From a virus: a stretch of DNA of 64,000 nucleotides. Below the pieces are notes generated by a model. It was not told where the DNA came from and did not search any database. It saw only the letters and a list, made by a program, of their open reading frames with translations. Below, piece by piece: positions 9,061-18,408 of this stretch. Each line of letters opens with the position of its first letter. Position 1 is the first letter of the stretch. Position numbers and translations under genes: made by a program. The stretch lies in IMG/VR virus record IMGVR_UViG_3300009431_000016. The stretch is one strand, 5' to 3'.

Positions 9061-11599
9061 GGGCCTTGATAAGGCCGAAGTGAAGCGTGCTGCGGAAGGG
9101 CGCTGGCCGGAAATCCTTGAATGCATAGCGGGGATTCCGGCCGGTTGTCTAACCGGCAAACACGGGCCCTGCCCAAAATGCGGCGGCAAGGATCGTTTCC
9201 GGTTCATCGATGAGGAGAAGGGCGCCGTACTATGTAACGCGTGCTTCTCATGTCGAAACGGTGACGGACTTGCAGCCATCCAGTGGATGAAGAATCGACC
9301 GCCGACTAACTTTAAAAAAACAGTCTACGAGGTGGCCGAGTATCTCGGCCTCAATATTGGTGACGCTAGGCGACCGATCGATGCGGATGAACAGTTGGCA
9401 TTCCGAAAGTGGGACGACATTTTTACGCTTCGATGGTGCGAAGCCAAACAGCCAGTCAAACCGGAGTCTATTCAGAAGATTGGTGGCCAGCAGGCTATCT
9501 ACATGTCACGCTACCGCGTCTTCGCGATACCGATCTGGGGCACACATCTCGATGAGGCTGGACCTGTTGGCTGGATCGTCATGAGTTGTAATCCGTCTCA
9601 CGGTTTACCAAAACGTGGGCAGGACGGAAAGATCGAGTTCATTACCAAGCCGAAGTTGACGGCTGGGTCATCGCCGGGCCTGATCGGTGACATGAAGACA
9701 TTGCGATCAGAGGCAACAACAACTGTTTGGAAGCTCGAAGGTATTACCGACCTGCTGGCCTGGTACTCAATGCCGGATCGCCCGGAAGGCCACGTGGCGG
9801 TCACCAACTCAAACGGATGTATGCAGCGGCCGTCAAAGTGGATGGTCGACGCGATACAGGGTGACACCTCGACGCGATCCATCTACGTGATCCATGACGC
9901 CGACCTTCCAGGCCAACGCGGGGCGACAGGCTGGACTGAACACGGGCAACACCGTAACGGATGGGCGGAAGAACTGGCCACAAAAGAGAGACCGGCCGTC
10001 AATGTAGTCCTACCGTTCGTGGTGCACGACACTAATGGCCAAGATTTCCGCGATTGGTGTATGGACTATGGGACATTCACCGACCTTCGGGCAATGGCGG
10101 AAGTATCGCCCGAGATCTTGATATCCAGGATAGTAGCCAATGAACTACCAGACGATCCGTTCCGACTCGCACGACTGAATCTCGATCAGTACGAAGCTAA
10201 GACTGGCGGCCGCACCATCAAATACTGGATGGACAGCTGGTGGGTCTGGAAGCGACAGAGGTACGTCGAGATCGGGCGCCACGAGTTGCGGGCTAAGTTG
10301 ACGATGTCCATCAAGGAAGAGTTCGACCGGCTGAATATGCAGGAGATGGAGGCGTACGAGAAGCGACGCGCAGCCGGCGAGGCGGATGACGAGACGTCAC
10401 CGACAGCACGCAAGATCAGCGTACAGACAGTGTTAAACGTTGAAGCCGCCACCCGCGGCCTGACATACCTGCCTGGGAGCTGCGCACTGGGAACGTGGAT
10501 CCCAACGCGGGAGCGGCGCCCGTACGTATCACTCCGCAACGGGATCCTGGACGTCGATAAAGCTTTGCGATCCGAAGTGGGCTATCTGCTCGAACATTCG
10601 CCGGACTGGTTCTCTACGAGCCACCTCGACTTCGACTTCAAACCCGAAGCTACTTGCACGACCTGGCTGGAGTTTCTCGAATACAACCTTGATGCGGACT
10701 GGCAGATGATCCGCTTCCTACAGGAGTGGGTCGGCTACCTCTTGCTGCCAGACACCCGCGAGCAGTCGTTCTTGATCCTGCACGGCGAGGGCGGCAACGG
10801 CAAGACGGTGTTCTGCGCAGGGGTCGAAGCACTGCTCGGGACCGACAACTGCTCGTCGGTTCCGCTGGAGTCGTTCGGAGATCGGTTTTCGAAGACCGGC
10901 ACGCTTGGGCGCCTCGTGAACATTTGCGGCGACGTGGGCGAACTCGACGCAGTGGCCGAGGGAACGATCAAGGCGTTCACCGGGGGCAATAAGGTCTCGT
11001 TCGACCGGAAAGGCATACCGGCGGTCGAGGCACACCCCACCGCGAGGTTGATGATAGCCTGCAATAATCTCCCGCGGATCCGCGACCGGTCCGAGGGCAT
11101 CTGGCGCCGCATGCTCATCTCGCCGTGGGAGAAGTCGGTTCCGCCGGATAAGCGAGTCAAGGGCATGGACAGCCCGGACTGGTGGATCCGTACGGGGGAG
11201 CTGTCCGGGATGTTCAATTGGGCCCTTGTCGGCTTGCATCGCCTCCGCGAGAAGGGCGCCTTCTCTGAGGTGGCCACGATGAGCGAGGCCCGCCGCGAGT
11301 ACCAGGACACCAGCAACTCCGCCCGGCTTTTTCTGAGGGAACACACCGACAAGACGTCAGGTGTCAATCTCAAGTGCTCGCACCTCTTTCGTACCTACGC
11401 CGCGTGGTGCAAAGAGAATGGATTCTCGTCATTCTCGTCGGTTAATTTCTACCGCGAAGTGCACCGCTATCACACCGGAATCGACACCCGGCGCATCGGG
11501 CCGCGGGGGCAGCAGCAGAAATTTTATGTAGATCTTGACTACATTTCCCTTGACACGTCAGATGAGGAGTTGGCTGGTGCTTACACCTCAAACTTCTAA
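8996..11599 (+). CDS. zinc-finger primase fused to SF3 helicase (P4 alpha / D5-like replicative primase-helicase)
   Basis: CPKCGGKDRFRFIDEEKGAVLCNAC zinc ribbon; central primase-like region; C-terminal Walker A LILHGEGGNGKTVF typical of P4/D5 C-terminal helicase; start may instead be Met at 9029. Confidence 0.75.
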   Translation: MSGSQTWRFPAMPIRKTKKKSKGLDKAEVKRAAEGRWPEILECIAGIPAGCLTGKHGPCPKCGGKDRFRFIDEEKGAVLCNACFSCRNGDGLAAIQWMKNRPPTNFKKTVYEVAEYLGLNIGDARRPIDADEQLAFRKWDDIFTLRWCEAKQPVKPESIQKIGGQQAIYMSRYRVFAIPIWGTHLDEAGPVGWIVMSCNPSHGLPKRGQDGKIEFITKPKLTAGSSPGLIGDMKTLRSEATTTVWKLEGITDLLAWYSMPDRPEGHVAVTNSNGCMQRPSKWMVDAIQGDTSTRSIYVIHDADLPGQRGATGWTEHGQHRNGWAEELATKERPAVNVVLPFVVHDTNGQDFRDWCMDYGTFTDLRAMAEVSPEILISRIVANELPDDPFRLARLNLDQYEAKTGGRTIKYWMDSWWVWKRQRYVEIGRHELRAKLTMSIKEEFDRLNMQEMEAYEKRRAAGEADDETSPTARKISVQTVLNVEAATRGLTYLPGSCALGTWIPTRERRPYVSLRNGILDVDKALRSEVGYLLEHSPDWFSTSHLDFDFKPEATCTTWLEFLEYNLDADWQMIRFLQEWVGYLLLPDTREQSFLILHGEGGNGKTVFCAGVEALLGTDNCSSVPLESFGDRFSKTGTLGRLVNICGDVGELDAVAEGTIKAFTGGNKVSFDRKGIPAVEAHPTARLMIACNNLPRIRDRSEGIWRRMLISPWEKSVPPDKRVKGMDSPDWWIRTGELSGMFNWALVGLHRLREKGAFSEVATMSEARREYQDTSNSARLFLREHTDKTSGVNLKCSHLFRTYAAWCKENGFSSFSSVNFYREVHRYHTGIDTRRIGPRGQQQKFYVDLDYISLDTSDEELAGAYTSNF

Positions 11600-11970
11600 G
11601 GCGGGCGCCGTAGTATCGATGTCGGTACTACGGGGTTGCCATCGGTACTACGGAGCTGTCGCCGCAAGGTGTTGCCTCACAGGCACTTGCGACGCCCGTA
11701 GTACCCGTAGTCCCGTAGTCCCGATGTTTCCGACCCCCCTATATAGTTGTTGTTGTTATCTTCTACTCACCCTTTTACGGTTCTTATCCCCTTATGCGTG
11801 CGTAGGAAGAACTATACTACGGGTACTACGGGACAGTAACTATCATGGTACTACATACTTAAGACCACTCGCCGCGATACTACCACCAGGACTACACCGG
11901 TACTACGGCGTGAAATTTTTCTCTTACTTGTTTATGGTTCAGGCTTTACGTTAACACACATCGGTACTAC
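11600..11970. repeat. iteron array, about 12 copies of GTACTAC(GG)/CCGTAGTA in both orientations; putative replication origin
   Basis: noncoding 370 bp directly downstream of the primase-helicase; repeats such as cggtactacgg, cccgtagtacccgtagtcccgtagtcccg and actacgggtactacggg. Confidence 0.6.
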
Positions 11971-11971
11971 C

Positions 11972-12463
11972 ATGCGAAACCTACTGGCAACGATGTCTGA
12001 GGCGACGAAGACTTCTTCCATGGCCGGAGAATTACAGCCTGAGATGAAGCCCGCCCGGGAGGAGTTGGCGGTCGCCGGCCTTACTCGATTCTCCGATCAG
12101 ATGGTCGTGTACAAAAACGCCGACCTCCTGCCACAGGCCACGATCTGCTTCCAGTGTGGCGGGCATCTGATGTGGCTGGACGGGTACGGACAGATGACCT
12201 GCGAGAAATGCAATCCGGCGCCGTTTGCGAAGCTCGCCCTGGCCCGATGGCTGATCCACAACGGAAAATGGCTAATTCTTCAGGATGGCGAATATCACCC
12301 GATTTGCCGCGAGCGAAAGGACGCCTACCGGAAAAAATGCCCAGATTCTTGCGGACTTATTCCGGAGAGGTGGGTTGAAACGAAGAGCAAAACTGGTTAT
12401 CCTCATCTGGAATGCGGCCGTTGTGGCCGCTTCATTGGCTATGTGAAGCCGCCAAAGCTCTGA
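11972..12463 (+). CDS. zinc-ribbon protein, unknown function
   Basis: CFQCGG...CEKCN and C-terminal CGRCGRF motifs. Confidence 0.3.
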   Translation: MRNLLATMSEATKTSSMAGELQPEMKPAREELAVAGLTRFSDQMVVYKNADLLPQATICFQCGGHLMWLDGYGQMTCEKCNPAPFAKLALARWLIHNGKWLILQDGEYHPICRERKDAYRKKCPDSCGLIPERWVETKSKTGYPHLECGRCGRFIGYVKPPKL

Positions 12464-12479
12464 AAGCGAGGTAACAATC

Positions 12480-12857
12480 ATGAAGTCCGAAAAAGAATTG
12501 CCGAAGATCTTGTTTCTGTATAATTTTGGTTTTGGGCCGCAGCGATCGAATTCAAGACTTAAATATGTTCTTGATCCAAGTGGCACACAGTATTATCGCG
12601 TGCTTGAAGAGTACGATGACGCCGATCGGTTTCTAGCTTGTGAATATTGTCGCAAACCGATCGAATTCACCTACCAAAAAAAAACGGCAAAGAGCAAAGG
12701 CAGGGTCTACCAAAATCACAAGTGCCCGCCAAAACAGGACCAAGTCGACAAAATGCTGAACACCCGAGGGCACGAAATCTACGAGGACAGGCCTACGTTT
12801 GCACGCAGACTTGATGACGGCTTCGCTATGTTAGCGATGGCCGGGGACACTGATTGA
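12480..12857 (+). CDS. hypothetical protein (Cys motif CEYCRK...HKCP)
   Basis: 125-aa ORF with RBS. Confidence 0.3.
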   Translation: MKSEKELPKILFLYNFGFGPQRSNSRLKYVLDPSGTQYYRVLEEYDDADRFLACEYCRKPIEFTYQKKTAKSKGRVYQNHKCPPKQDQVDKMLNTRGHEIYEDRPTFARRLDDGFAMLAMAGDTD

Positions 12858-13459
12858 CATTTTCTCTTCAGAAAGGCAAGACAATGGAGATCGTGTGGGG
12901 AATCGCAACCGTTTTGTTTTGTTCGGCAGCAGCATTTGCCGGGTACTCGGTTGGAATGTATCTCGGTAAAACAGAGGTCTGGAAGGAGGCCGAAGTGAAA
13001 GGGTTTGGCCGATGGAAGGTTGGGACGGACAACATTCTTGCGTTCTATTGGTTTTGGGTCCGTTCGAATGACAACGTTGTAGTGGACGACCTCGAAGAGA
13101 CGACACAACCGACGTCAATCAAGAAGGCACCGACACCTCCGGTTGGTGAAATTCGCAAGGTATGTGATGAAGTCAAGAAGGTTGCAGGTGCCATTCGACA
13201 AACCAAAGAAGAGGTCGAATGGAGGGCTTTCAAGAACGCCTTTCCGTACGACATCGATCAGCTCGATAAAGACGAACTCATCATGATGACTCGCATCCAG
13301 AACCGCATTCGTTCCCAGCAAGGCAAGCCGCAACTCGTAATTCCAACACTGGAACTTCTCGGCGACTTTAAAGTAGCGTCCATGCCGAGCACACCATCGA
13401 CCTCTGACAGCGAGGCGCCGCGAATCATTACGCGCGCCCTTCCAAACGCTAGAGGCTGA
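12854..13459 (+). CDS. membrane-anchored hypothetical protein
   Basis: N-terminal transmembrane segment IVWGIATVLFCSAAAFAGYSVGMYL; true start possibly Met at 12884. Confidence 0.3.
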   Translation: MTFSLQKGKTMEIVWGIATVLFCSAAAFAGYSVGMYLGKTEVWKEAEVKGFGRWKVGTDNILAFYWFWVRSNDNVVVDDLEETTQPTSIKKAPTPPVGEIRKVCDEVKKVAGAIRQTKEEVEWRAFKNAFPYDIDQLDKDELIMMTRIQNRIRSQQGKPQLVIPTLELLGDFKVASMPSTPSTSDSEAPRIITRALPNARG

Positions 13460-13488
13460 CGTTCAGACTAATCGTAAGCGAGGACACA

Positions 13489-14067
13489 ATGCCGACTGGA
13501 TACGAGATGGATCAGTGCGATGTCTGCCAAAAGTCGAGATTGCACGCTTTGCTTGAAATACGCGTCATCGACGGCGTAACGCACCTCGCTTGCGAGGAGT
13601 GCAAGCTCAAGACGGTGTGTTCTACCTGCGAAGAGGTACACAGCGTCCTGCAACACCGCAAGATCGGAAGACTTAGGAAGCTTGTTTGTGAAGAATGTCA
13701 CCAGAAGAGCATGGCTTGCTCTGTCTGTCATTTACCAAAGAGGCCACTTACCTATCGTCGCTTGGATGGCACCAAAAGGTATGTCTGTGATGAATGTTTT
13801 GACAAAGTGCAATGCGGATTCTGCCTGGGGCAGGTGCGTAAGTTTCGTGCGAAGATTGCACAACAAGATTCGATTTGGTTTTACCTATGCAAGAAGTGTC
13901 AGCGTGCTTGGGCGGAGCGGTTCAGCGTCCCTAAGGGTGTACCATCTCAAGATCAGATTGAGCAGCGGGCTGCTCAGATCCGCGCGACATGGACGCCCGA
14001 GGAACGCGACAAGCGACGCTCTGGTATTCGTGAACTGCTTGCTGTATTAGCGGGAGACACTGAATGA
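13489..14067 (+). CDS. multi-zinc-finger protein (at least 7 CxxC pairs)
   Basis: CDVCQ, CEECK, CSTCEE, CEECH, CSVCH, CDECF, CGFC, CKKCQ spaced regularly. Confidence 0.4.
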   Translation: MPTGYEMDQCDVCQKSRLHALLEIRVIDGVTHLACEECKLKTVCSTCEEVHSVLQHRKIGRLRKLVCEECHQKSMACSVCHLPKRPLTYRRLDGTKRYVCDECFDKVQCGFCLGQVRKFRAKIAQQDSIWFYLCKKCQRAWAERFSVPKGVPSQDQIEQRAAQIRATWTPEERDKRRSGIRELLAVLAGDTE

Positions 14068-14498
14068 CGCGTTCACGCGATTTATCAGAGTTCGGCCTCC
14101 TAGAAGCCCAGGAGCTAACAAACCAGGGGAGGTACTGGTATCTCGCCAGCCCCTACACCAAGTACACCGACCACGACTATGCTTTCCGGGAGATCGCTCG
14201 CTGTGCTGGCTGGCTTCTTCGCAGGAAGGTGCACACTTTCTGTCCGATCACGCACAGTCACCCGATCTCTTTGTATGGTGACATTCCGCTGTGTGATCAC
14301 GGTATCTGGATTCCGGCAGACGAGCCGATCTTGCGTGGCGCCTGTGGAATGATCATTGCCCTAATGCCTGGTTGGGATGACAGCAAGGGTATCGAGATTG
14401 AGACCGACATCTTCTGCGAGATGGGTCTGCCGGTTCGTCATTTACTTTGGCCACGAGACGATCCTGAATGGGAGGCATGCCGTGCACGACTCGGGTAA
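14064..14498 (+). CDS. hypothetical protein
   Basis: 144-aa ORF; ATGA overlap. Confidence 0.3.
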   Translation: MTRSRDLSEFGLLEAQELTNQGRYWYLASPYTKYTDHDYAFREIARCAGWLLRRKVHTFCPITHSHPISLYGDIPLCDHGIWIPADEPILRGACGMIIALMPGWDDSKGIEIETDIFCEMGLPVRHLLWPRDDPEWEACRARLG

Positions 14499-15036
14499 GA
14501 GAGAGCAATTCAAAGGCGGTACTGTGCGAGATACAGCAGAAGGAAAACCGAGGCCAGACCTAGCGTCTCCATTTGCAGAAAAGCGAATTGGAGAATGGTT
14601 CAGGCTTGGCGCAGAGAAGTACGCAGCCAGAAACTGGGAGACCGGGATGCCGATCTCACGAGTCTGGGCATCACTGCGCAGACACGTACTCGACTGGCAG
14701 TCCGGAGACCGTTCCGAAGATCACCTCGCAGCTATTGCATGGAACGCCGAGGCGATCATGCACTATGAGGAGATGATCGTCCGCGGGCGACTTCCGGAAG
14801 AGCTGGCAGACATGCCGGACTACAAAGTCGCCGAGAAGTTCCAGTGTTTCAAGTTCCGTGCCCCGGCGGTCGAATCGGAGGAGTCTATCAACGAGAAGAT
14901 GCGGGAGGCCTCAGACTGTCTCACGTGCATGTACGACGGGGAGTGCGATGGGAATGTCTGTCAGTGTCCTCCGGAGGGCGCCCAACAGCGAGGCTACGAT
15001 CCCATCGATATCACTGAACCCAATTCCGGAGAATAA
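14482..15036 (+). CDS. protein with dATP/dGTP diphosphohydrolase N-terminal-like domain
   Basis: GKPRPDL...GAEKYAARNWETG...SRVWASLRRHVLDWQSGDRSEDHLAAIAWNA matches the conserved KPRxDL / GA.KY..NW / RH..W / ED.HLAA pattern; GTG start at 14482 after GGAGG. Confidence 0.5.
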   Translation: MHDSGKREQFKGGTVRDTAEGKPRPDLASPFAEKRIGEWFRLGAEKYAARNWETGMPISRVWASLRRHVLDWQSGDRSEDHLAAIAWNAEAIMHYEEMIVRGRLPEELADMPDYKVAEKFQCFKFRAPAVESEESINEKMREASDCLTCMYDGECDGNVCQCPPEGAQQRGYDPIDITEPNSGE

Positions 15037-15037
15037 T

Positions 15038-15595
15038 ATGGACGCCGCCTTCGCATGGTTGAGTGAGTTAATCTATGCCGTGGCAAAGATTCTACCGCGG
15101 CGTGTGATCGTTCAGGCGACGCACCAACTGCTCGTGTACAAACGAGGGCGCCACGTCCGAGTGAAGGATCCCGGTGTGCGGTGGTACTGGCCATTCTGGA
15201 CCAAGGTACAACTCTGGCCGGTTGTTCGTCAGCGTGTCATCACTGAGCAGAGGATCGAAGAGAAAGGTGGTCAGACCGTTTGGGTCAAGGCCGTCGTTCT
15301 CTATCGTGTCAAAGACCTAAAGGTCTTTCTGACGAAGAACTACGAGCCTGACGACATGATGGGCGAGATTGCCGAAGCTGGCGTCAAAGAGGCCGTAAAT
15401 GAGCACACCATCGAGTACATACGCTCATACGGCATAGACGACGAGCTGTTAAAGAAGGTGCGTATGTCGTGCCGCAGTATGGGTGTCATGGTCTTGCGTG
15501 CGAGGCTTACCGAATTCTGTCCTACTGTGGTGTACAGCCTGACTGGAATAACCGGCGCACTGGTGCCTCCGGCGTCCGACGAGGAAGAAGAATGA
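15038..15595 (+). CDS. membrane-associated protein, possibly SPFH/band-7-like
   Basis: N-terminal hydrophobic segment then VKDPGVRWYWPF...WPVV pattern reminiscent of SPFH domains; weak. Confidence 0.3.
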   Translation: MDAAFAWLSELIYAVAKILPRRVIVQATHQLLVYKRGRHVRVKDPGVRWYWPFWTKVQLWPVVRQRVITEQRIEEKGGQTVWVKAVVLYRVKDLKVFLTKNYEPDDMMGEIAEAGVKEAVNEHTIEYIRSYGIDDELLKKVRMSCRSMGVMVLRARLTEFCPTVVYSLTGITGALVPPASDEEEE

Positions 15596-15704
15596 GGTTT
15601 GAAAAACTTGGATATCATGCGGCTCTTGGCGAATTCCGAGAGTTTGGAGAGGATGTTGTTAACGAGGCAATACGAACAGTCGCATTTAATCAACCGAAGG
15701 GCGG

Positions 15705-16169
15705 ATGCCAATGACTAAGACGCCAGACCGCGATCGAGACGGCCGGCTTCAGAAGCTCTCTGAGGAGGCCCTTCGTGAAACCGTTGAAGTCTTTCTGGAG
15801 TGTGATCAGGTCGGTTCTGTGGCTGCCGCCAAGCTAGGTATGCAGCCATCCACTTTCCGCAGTCGCTTACAACGTGCAAGGCGCCGCGGATTCCTGGAAC
15901 CACGACTCCAGGACGTGATACGAATGGAAGCGAGGAAGAAGCGAGAGAGAGAGCAGCTCGGCTGGAATGAGCTAATGCCAGAGAAGAGTCTCGACGAGCT
16001 GCTGGCAGTCCGTCGTTCTTACCAAATAGGTGTCTTGAAGCCGCTCACAGAGAAGGACATTTTTGATCGTTGCAAGAGTGCCATTCCTGGCTTCAATCCA
16101 AACTTCAAGCAATTCAGGGAGTGGCTTAATGACAAAGAAATCCAATCGCCGGGCGATAAGCCTAGCTGA
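15705..16169 (+). CDS. putative HTH DNA-binding protein
   Basis: VGSVAAAKLGMQPSTFRSRLQRARRRG helix-turn-helix-like segment. Confidence 0.3.
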   Translation: MPMTKTPDRDRDGRLQKLSEEALRETVEVFLECDQVGSVAAAKLGMQPSTFRSRLQRARRRGFLEPRLQDVIRMEARKKREREQLGWNELMPEKSLDELLAVRRSYQIGVLKPLTEKDIFDRCKSAIPGFNPNFKQFREWLNDKEIQSPGDKPS

Positions 16170-17220
16170 AGATCTGCAACAAGAAGCCGAGTACCTTGGC
16201 AGTTCTGGACGAGACGTCCACCTGTCGAAACTGACCACAGACTTGTCAGTTCTCAGGAAGAAGTACAAGGAGGCTATTGAGACAATCAAGTTGCAGGAGC
16301 TGTCGATTGCAGCATTCCAGAGACTGAAGGAAACGCCGATTACGAGGAAGAAGATCCGCAAGCGGAAGTTCACCAAGCCGGTGGGTGGCGCTGCGGTTGC
16401 GGTCGTCTGGAACGATTGGCACCTCGAAGAGGTCATCGATCCGAATGTGTTGGAGTACCCAAACGAACACAACCTTGAGATTGGTAAGCGACGTTTCGAG
16501 ATGTGCATCGCGAAGGCGAAGCTGCTTCTCGATTTATCTCGGACCTTCGCGGACGTAAACGAGTTTCACGTGTTCATTCTCGGCGACTTAATGTCGAATT
16601 ATCTGCACGAGGAAAGCGTCGAGACAAACGAACTAGGTCCCACTGAGGCGATGCTCGAAGCCCGTGACCGGATCGAGACGGGTGTTATGGATCTCCATGA
16701 GTACGCCAAGGCGGATCGGTTCAAGGTCACGACCTGCCATGGTAACCATGGTCGGCTGACTCATCGTCGCCGCTATAAGGTCGCTCACAAGACCAACCTT
16801 GAATGGCAGGTCTGTGAGGATTTGAAGCGGCGCCATGCTGAACGGGGCAGTCTGATCGAGTGGCAGGTCAGTAAGAGCAACTTTGCCCGAACTGATGTCT
16901 TAAATTGGAAGGTTCGTCTCACTCATGGCGATGACCTGAACCATCAAGGCGGCATTGGCGGTCTGACGATTCCGCTTCTCAAGGCCTGTAAGCAGTGGGA
17001 CGCTAACCAGAAGGCTGACTATACTATCGTTGGCCACTGGCATCAGTTCATCCGCTTGTGGAACATTCTCGTGTGTGGCTGCGCTTGCGGCTTCAATGAG
17101 TACGCACAGGGCAAAAAAATGGAGGGGCAGCCTCCAACACAGACATTCATTTTGTTTGATTCCGACAAGAAGGTTATTTTGGCGGAACCATTATTCATTG
17201 AACCAGGACACGTGGCGTGA
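16129..17220 (+). CDS. calcineurin-like metallophosphoesterase
   Basis: FILGDLMSNY (GDxx), HGNHG (GNH), TIVGHWHQ (GHxH) motifs in the canonical order. Confidence 0.55.
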   Translation: MTKKSNRRAISLAEDLQQEAEYLGSSGRDVHLSKLTTDLSVLRKKYKEAIETIKLQELSIAAFQRLKETPITRKKIRKRKFTKPVGGAAVAVVWNDWHLEEVIDPNVLEYPNEHNLEIGKRRFEMCIAKAKLLLDLSRTFADVNEFHVFILGDLMSNYLHEESVETNELGPTEAMLEARDRIETGVMDLHEYAKADRFKVTTCHGNHGRLTHRRRYKVAHKTNLEWQVCEDLKRRHAERGSLIEWQVSKSNFARTDVLNWKVRLTHGDDLNHQGGIGGLTIPLLKACKQWDANQKADYTIVGHWHQFIRLWNILVCGCACGFNEYAQGKKMEGQPPTQTFILFDSDKKVILAEPLFIEPGHVA

Positions 17221-17221
17221 G

Positions 17222-17512
17222 ATGGGACTTCAAGAACAGCTGATGTGTGAGGCGATTGACCTCTATTCGCAGGCAAAAGCGTATCAAACGTTCGCCGAGG
17301 CAAAATTGTCGGCAGCTAGGTGCGCGATCGAACATGCTGAAGGGGCCGTTGCTAAAACGGAAAAAGAAATGATTGCCGCCGCAGTGAAAGCCGTTCAGAT
17401 CGGCAAAGGTAAAAGCCAAGTTGTGGTTCGCAACAACCAGGGCTACGAATTTAAAAAGGACAACAGTGGTGCAGTTTCCTTAACAGAAGTCTTTGACGTC
17501 GTTTTATTCTGA
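17222..17512 (+). CDS. hypothetical protein
   Basis: 96-aa ORF directly following the phosphoesterase. Confidence 0.3.
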   Translation: MGLQEQLMCEAIDLYSQAKAYQTFAEAKLSAARCAIEHAEGAVAKTEKEMIAAAVKAVQIGKGKSQVVVRNNQGYEFKKDNSGAVSLTEVFDVVLF

Positions 17513-17572
17513 CGTTGACTAATTGCCCGCCGTCAAATTTCTGGTATCCTGTTAGGGTGGACATCCTAGTGA

Positions 17573-18010
17573 ATGGGGGTCGGCATGAATCAGCCAACTG
17601 CGCCTAAAAACCGCACCTTTCTGGGCGACTTGACCGTTCGAAAGACGCCAGCTATTCTCGGAGGCCGCCCAATTTGGGAGCTACGAGAACCGTTCGGCTA
17701 CCAATATGGCTCTAATCTCGAGACATATTCTGTGTGGGTTCCGGCGGAATTCACGACCGATTTTGCCTCAATTCCGCGGTTTTTCTGGCGCCTGATTCCG
17801 CCATCTACCGGTATTGAGGCTGCTGTAATACACGATTATCTGTACCGTGAACGGGTATTCGCGAGACACGTTTGCGACGCAATTTTCCGCGACGCCTTGA
17901 AAACTTGCGGTGTCGGACCATCCACGCGCTGGCTGATGTGGGCCGCTGTTCGGATGGCAGGCCGCCTCGCCTATGGTACGTCAGACGGCAACGAGGAGAG
18001 CGAGGCATGA
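17573..18010 (+). CDS. DUF1353 family protein
   Basis: VPAEFTTDFASIPRFFWRLIPPSTGIEAAVIHDYLY matches the DUF1353 F-TDGASIPR ... HDxLY signature. Confidence 0.5.
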   Translation: MGVGMNQPTAPKNRTFLGDLTVRKTPAILGGRPIWELREPFGYQYGSNLETYSVWVPAEFTTDFASIPRFFWRLIPPSTGIEAAVIHDYLYRERVFARHVCDAIFRDALKTCGVGPSTRWLMWAAVRMAGRLAYGTSDGNEESEA

Positions 18011-18384
18011 AGAAGTACGTGATTATCGTTGTGGCAGTTTTCCTGATTTTGATGCTGCTTCGTGTGTTGGGCCAAGATTCCGCACGGGGTGCCGAGATCT
18101 GGCAGTGGAATCCCACCGCGCCACACCACGATGCAGTTGTCGAGATTAGATGTGATCCAGCGTCCGCAGAACGAGACACCACTCCCGGACGCTGCCCAAA
18201 TTGTGGCGACATTCATGGTCCGCAGGGAGGTAGCAGGGCGGAACCTCAGAGTATGGGGCCGCTGCCAAATGGCGGCAGTTACAACGGAAACGGAAATGGC
18301 TCGCGGTATCGGATCCAACCACGCGGCGACATACGAGGCCTGCCAAACATGTTTGGGCCTAGTAAGTGCGGACCTGGCGGATGA
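18007..18384 (+). CDS. small membrane protein with CPNCG motif
   Basis: N-terminal transmembrane segment KKYVIIVVAVFLILMLL; Gly/Asn-rich tail. Confidence 0.3.
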   Translation: MKKYVIIVVAVFLILMLLRVLGQDSARGAEIWQWNPTAPHHDAVVEIRCDPASAERDTTPGRCPNCGDIHGPQGGSRAEPQSMGPLPNGGSYNGNGNGSRYRIQPRGDIRGLPNMFGPSKCGPGG

Positions 18385-18408
18385 ACTTCTGCCGATGGGT
18401 CGCAGGTT

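Noticed and set aside
11535-11954. 139-aa ORF across the iteron region
   Set aside because: It is composed of repeat-encoded Tyr/Arg/Thr and lacks an RBS. It is more likely a noncoding origin region.
11600-11970. Possible CRISPR array or tRNA in the repeat-rich noncoding stretch
   Set aside because: The repeats are short (7-9 bp), irregularly spaced and in both orientations. There is no 25-40-bp repeat/spacer periodicity and no cloverleaf-compatible sequence, so it fits iterons better.
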